A DNA stretch of 7,919 nt from a virus (lineage: Duplodnaviria; Heunggongvirae; Uroviricota; Caudoviricetes): IMG/VR virus record IMGVR_UViG_2698536312_000008. One strand, given 5' to 3'. Every line of letters starts with the position of its first letter. Position 1 is the first letter of the stretch. Of the stretch, positions 6,164 through 7,919 are shown in pieces. The notes beneath the pieces are model-generated. The model was given only the letters and a program-made list of their open reading frames with translations. It searched no databases and was not told where the DNA came from. Made by a program: the position numbers and the translations under genes.

Positions 6164-7192
6164 ATGGGATTGTTTACGACCCGCCAGTTACTCGGTTATA
6201 CCGAACAAAAAGTTAAATTTCGTGCGCTGTTTCTGGAACTGTTTTTCCGCCGTACGGTGAATTTCCACACCGAAGAGGTGATGCTGGACAAAATTACCGG
6301 AAAAACGCCGGTGGCGGCCTATGTCTCCCCGGTCGTTGAAGGAAAAGTGCTGCGTCATCGTGGGGGTGAAACCCGCGTGTTACGTCCGGGCTACGTCAAG
6401 CCGAAACACGAATTTAATTACCAGCAGGCGGTTGAACGCCTTCCCGGTGAAGATCCGGCTCAGCTGAACGACCCGGCCTACCGTCGTCTGCGTATCATCA
6501 CTGATAACCTCAAACAGGAAGAGCACGCTATTGTGCAGGTGGAAGAAATGCAGGCGGTGAATGCCGTGCTGTATGGCAAATATACGATGGAAGGAGACCA
6601 GTTCGAGAAAATTGAAGTCGATTTTGGCCGATCGACGAAGAATAACATCATACAGGGTAGCGGTAAGGAGTGGTCAAAACAGGATCGTGACACGTTCGAC
6701 CCGACATATGATATCGACCTTTTCTGTGATCAGGCCAGTGGTCTTGTGAATATTGCCATTATGGACGGTACCGTCTGGCGTCTGCTGAATGGCTTTAAGC
6801 TTTTCCGCGAAAAACTGGATACCCGTCGCGGTTCAAATTCACAACTCGAAACGGCAGTGAAAGATCTGGGCGCAGTGGTATCCTTCAAGGGGTATTACGG
6901 CGATCTGGCTATTGTGGTAGCGAAAACGTCTTATGTGGCAGAGGACGGTACCGAAAAACGTTATCTGCCGGAGGGCACGCTGGTGCTGGGGAATACGGCG
7001 GCAGAGGGGATTCGTTGCTATGGAGCCATTAAGGATGCACAGGCGTTGTCTGAAGGAGTGGTGGCTTCTTCCCGTTACCCGAAACACTGGCTGACCGTGG
7101 GCGATCCGTCCTGTGAATTCACCATGACGCAGTCCGCGCCGCTGATGGTGCTGCCGGATCCGGATGAGTTTGTGGTGGTACAGGTGAAATAA
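6164..7192 (+). CDS. E: Major capsid protein (lambda gpE-like)
   Basis: 342 aa. Colinear with recalled lambda gpE: TT.QLL, FLRLFFR, YVSP.V.G.V.R.RGG, PGYVKPKHE, DPAYRR.RII, QVEEMQAV.AVL.GKYTM, KLDTRRGSNS.LETAVKDLG, GDVAIVV, GNT.A.G.R.YG.I.DA, RYPK.W.T.GDP..EFTM.QSAPLM.L.DPDEFV.VQ. AAGGA SD at 6151-6155, ATG at 6164. Confidence 0.95.
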   Translation: MGLFTTRQLLGYTEQKVKFRALFLELFFRRTVNFHTEEVMLDKITGKTPVAAYVSPVVEGKVLRHRGGETRVLRPGYVKPKHEFNYQQAVERLPGEDPAQLNDPAYRRLRIITDNLKQEEHAIVQVEEMQAVNAVLYGKYTMEGDQFEKIEVDFGRSTKNNIIQGSGKEWSKQDRDTFDPTYDIDLFCDQASGLVNIAIMDGTVWRLLNGFKLFREKLDTRRGSNSQLETAVKDLGAVVSFKGYYGDLAIVVAKTSYVAEDGTEKRYLPEGTLVLGNTAAEGIRCYGAIKDAQALSEGVVASSRYPKHWLTVGDPSCEFTMTQSAPLMVLPDPDEFVVVQVK

Positions 7193-7200
7193 TCCGTGAG

Positions 7201-7228
7201 CGGGGGCGAAATGCCCCCGTGTTTTTTT
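7201..7228 (+). terminator. Rho-independent terminator-like hairpin directly after the major capsid gene (stem CGGGGGC / GCCCCCG, loop GAAAT, then TGTTTTTTT)
   Basis: Direct reading: cgggggc-gaaat-gcccccg at 7201-7219, followed by tgttttttt at 7220-7228. It lies 9 nt after the gpE stop and upstream of the gpFI SD and ATG. Lambda carries an analogous hairpin at the E/FI junction (ATGGCCCTTCGGGGCCAT, from recall). Confidence 0.7.
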
Positions 7229-7243
7229 CACAGGGAGCTGGAT

Positions 7244-7612
7244 ATGGCAACAAAAGAAGAAAATCAGAAACGTCTTCGTGAACTGGCTGGTCTGCTGGGG
7301 CGCGAGGCGGATATGTCGGGGAGTGCTGCGGATATCGCACAGCGTGTGGCAGAGTGGGAAGAGGAGGTTTGCGCCTCGGAAAATGAAATCGCAGATGTTG
7401 ATGATACCGTTCATGAGCAGGCATGCAGGCACACCGGTGAGGATGACGTTGGTATTCTGGAACGTATCAGGCTTCTGAAGTGTTTTTACCTGTGCGGTGT
7501 TGACGATGAAACAGGTGAGCCTGTTGAGCATGTTGATGCTGGCAGAGTAATTCTGATGCCCCCCTCAGTGGCAAAAGACATGGTCAGGAGCGGAATGGCC
7601 GTTTATGCATGA
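7244..7612 (+). CDS. FI: DNA-packaging / head assembly accessory protein (lambda gpFI-like)
   Basis: The N-terminus MATKEENQKRLRELAGLLGRE...AADIAQRVAEWEEE resembles recalled lambda gpFI (MTKDELIARLRSLGEQLNRD...KEELALRVAELKEE), followed by an acidic central region. AGGGAG SD at 7232-7237, ATG at 7244. The ORF-track start at 7196 would translate through the terminator hairpin and is rejected. Stop TGA at 7610-7612. Confidence 0.8.
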   Translation: MATKEENQKRLRELAGLLGREADMSGSAADIAQRVAEWEEEVCASENEIADVDDTVHEQACRHTGEDDVGILERIRLLKCFYLCGVDDETGEPVEHVDAGRVILMPPSVAKDMVRSGMAVYA

Positions 7613-7919
7613 TTTTGAGAATTCCTTTGATGCTGCCCTTGCCGGGGTGGACAGAACGATTGTTGAAGTGATGGGGCTCTGTGCGCAGTTCACCTCGGGG
7701 GCACAGTGTGGCAGCGAAGTTCAGGGGGTTTTTGACGATCCGGAGTCGCTGGGGTTTGCCGGTAGCGGGGTCCGTATTGAAGGAAGCAGCCCGTCATTAT
7801 TTGTGCGGACGGATACGGTTCGTGCCGTGCGGCGTGGTGACACGCTGACCATTAATGGTGAGACATTCTGGGTGGATCGTGTTTCTCTGTCAACGCCACG
7901 ATGTTTGACCGTTATTTGC
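7605..7919 (+). CDS. FII: Head-tail joining protein (lambda gpFII-like), 3'-partial, continues past the window end
   Basis: Not in the ORF track because no stop falls in the window. Manual translation from the ATG at 7605 gives MHDFENSFDAALAGVDRTIVEVMG...VQGVFDDPESLGFAGSGVRIEGSSPSLFVRTDTVRAVRRGDTLTINGETFWVDRVS, which matches recalled lambda gpFII (MADFDNLFDAAIARADETIRGYMG...IRGVFDDPENISYAGQGVRVEGSSPSLFVRTDEVRQLRRGDTLTIGEENFWVDRVS). Overlaps the gpFI stop (ATGCATGA). Confidence 0.88.
   Translation, partial: MHDFENSFDAALAGVDRTIVEVMGLCAQFTSGAQCGSEVQGVFDDPESLGFAGSGVRIEGSSPSLFVRTDTVRAVRRGDTLTINGETFWVDRVSLSTPRCLTVIC

Noticed and set aside
7196-7243. Upstream extension of the gpFI ORF (GTG at 7196)
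   Set aside because: It would translate through the terminator hairpin. The ATG at 7244 has an AGGGAG SD and matches the lambda gpFI N-terminus.
6839-7531. 230-aa minus-strand ORF spanning the gpE 3' end, the terminator hairpin and gpFI
   Set aside because: Antisense to two well-supported genes and crossing an intergenic terminator. The composition (His/Cys/Arg-rich) is typical of a spurious antisense frame.
1-7919. Looked for CRISPR repeats, tRNA-like cloverleaf regions, IS terminal inverted repeats, integrase/att sites, toxin-antitoxin pairs or defence-system cargo
   Set aside because: None seen. The window is fully occupied by colinear lambda-like head genes, with intergenic gaps under 60 bp and no long direct or inverted repeats other than those reported.

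Overview
This window is a contiguous, co-directional (+ strand) lambda-like head-morphogenesis and DNA-packaging module. The gene order matches the phage lambda left arm: Nu1-like small terminase (5'-truncated), gpA large terminase, gpW, gpB portal, gpC protease with a nested Nu3-like scaffold, gpD decoration protein, gpE major capsid protein, gpFI, and the start of gpFII running off the 3' end. All assignments rest on reading the supplied translations against recalled lambda protein sequences; no search was run. The genes are tightly packed with overlapping stop/start codons, and the only intergenic spaces (D/E and E/FI) each hold a GC-rich hairpin. I see no tRNA, rRNA, CRISPR array, recognisable IS end or inserted cargo gene, and no evidence of a new biological system. 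The features worth a second look are: (1) the small terminase loses lambda similarity at about position 95, lacks the N-terminal DNA-binding helix-turn-helix and has only a TTG start, with 98 bp of AT-rich sequence of unknown origin upstream and no cos-like site; (2) the C-terminal scaffold domain of gpC carries three tandem copies of a motif that I recall as single-copy in lambda; (3) an internal Shine-Dalgarno plus ATG for the nested scaffold protein; (4) a perfect 22-bp palindrome between D and E and a terminator-like hairpin between E and FI.
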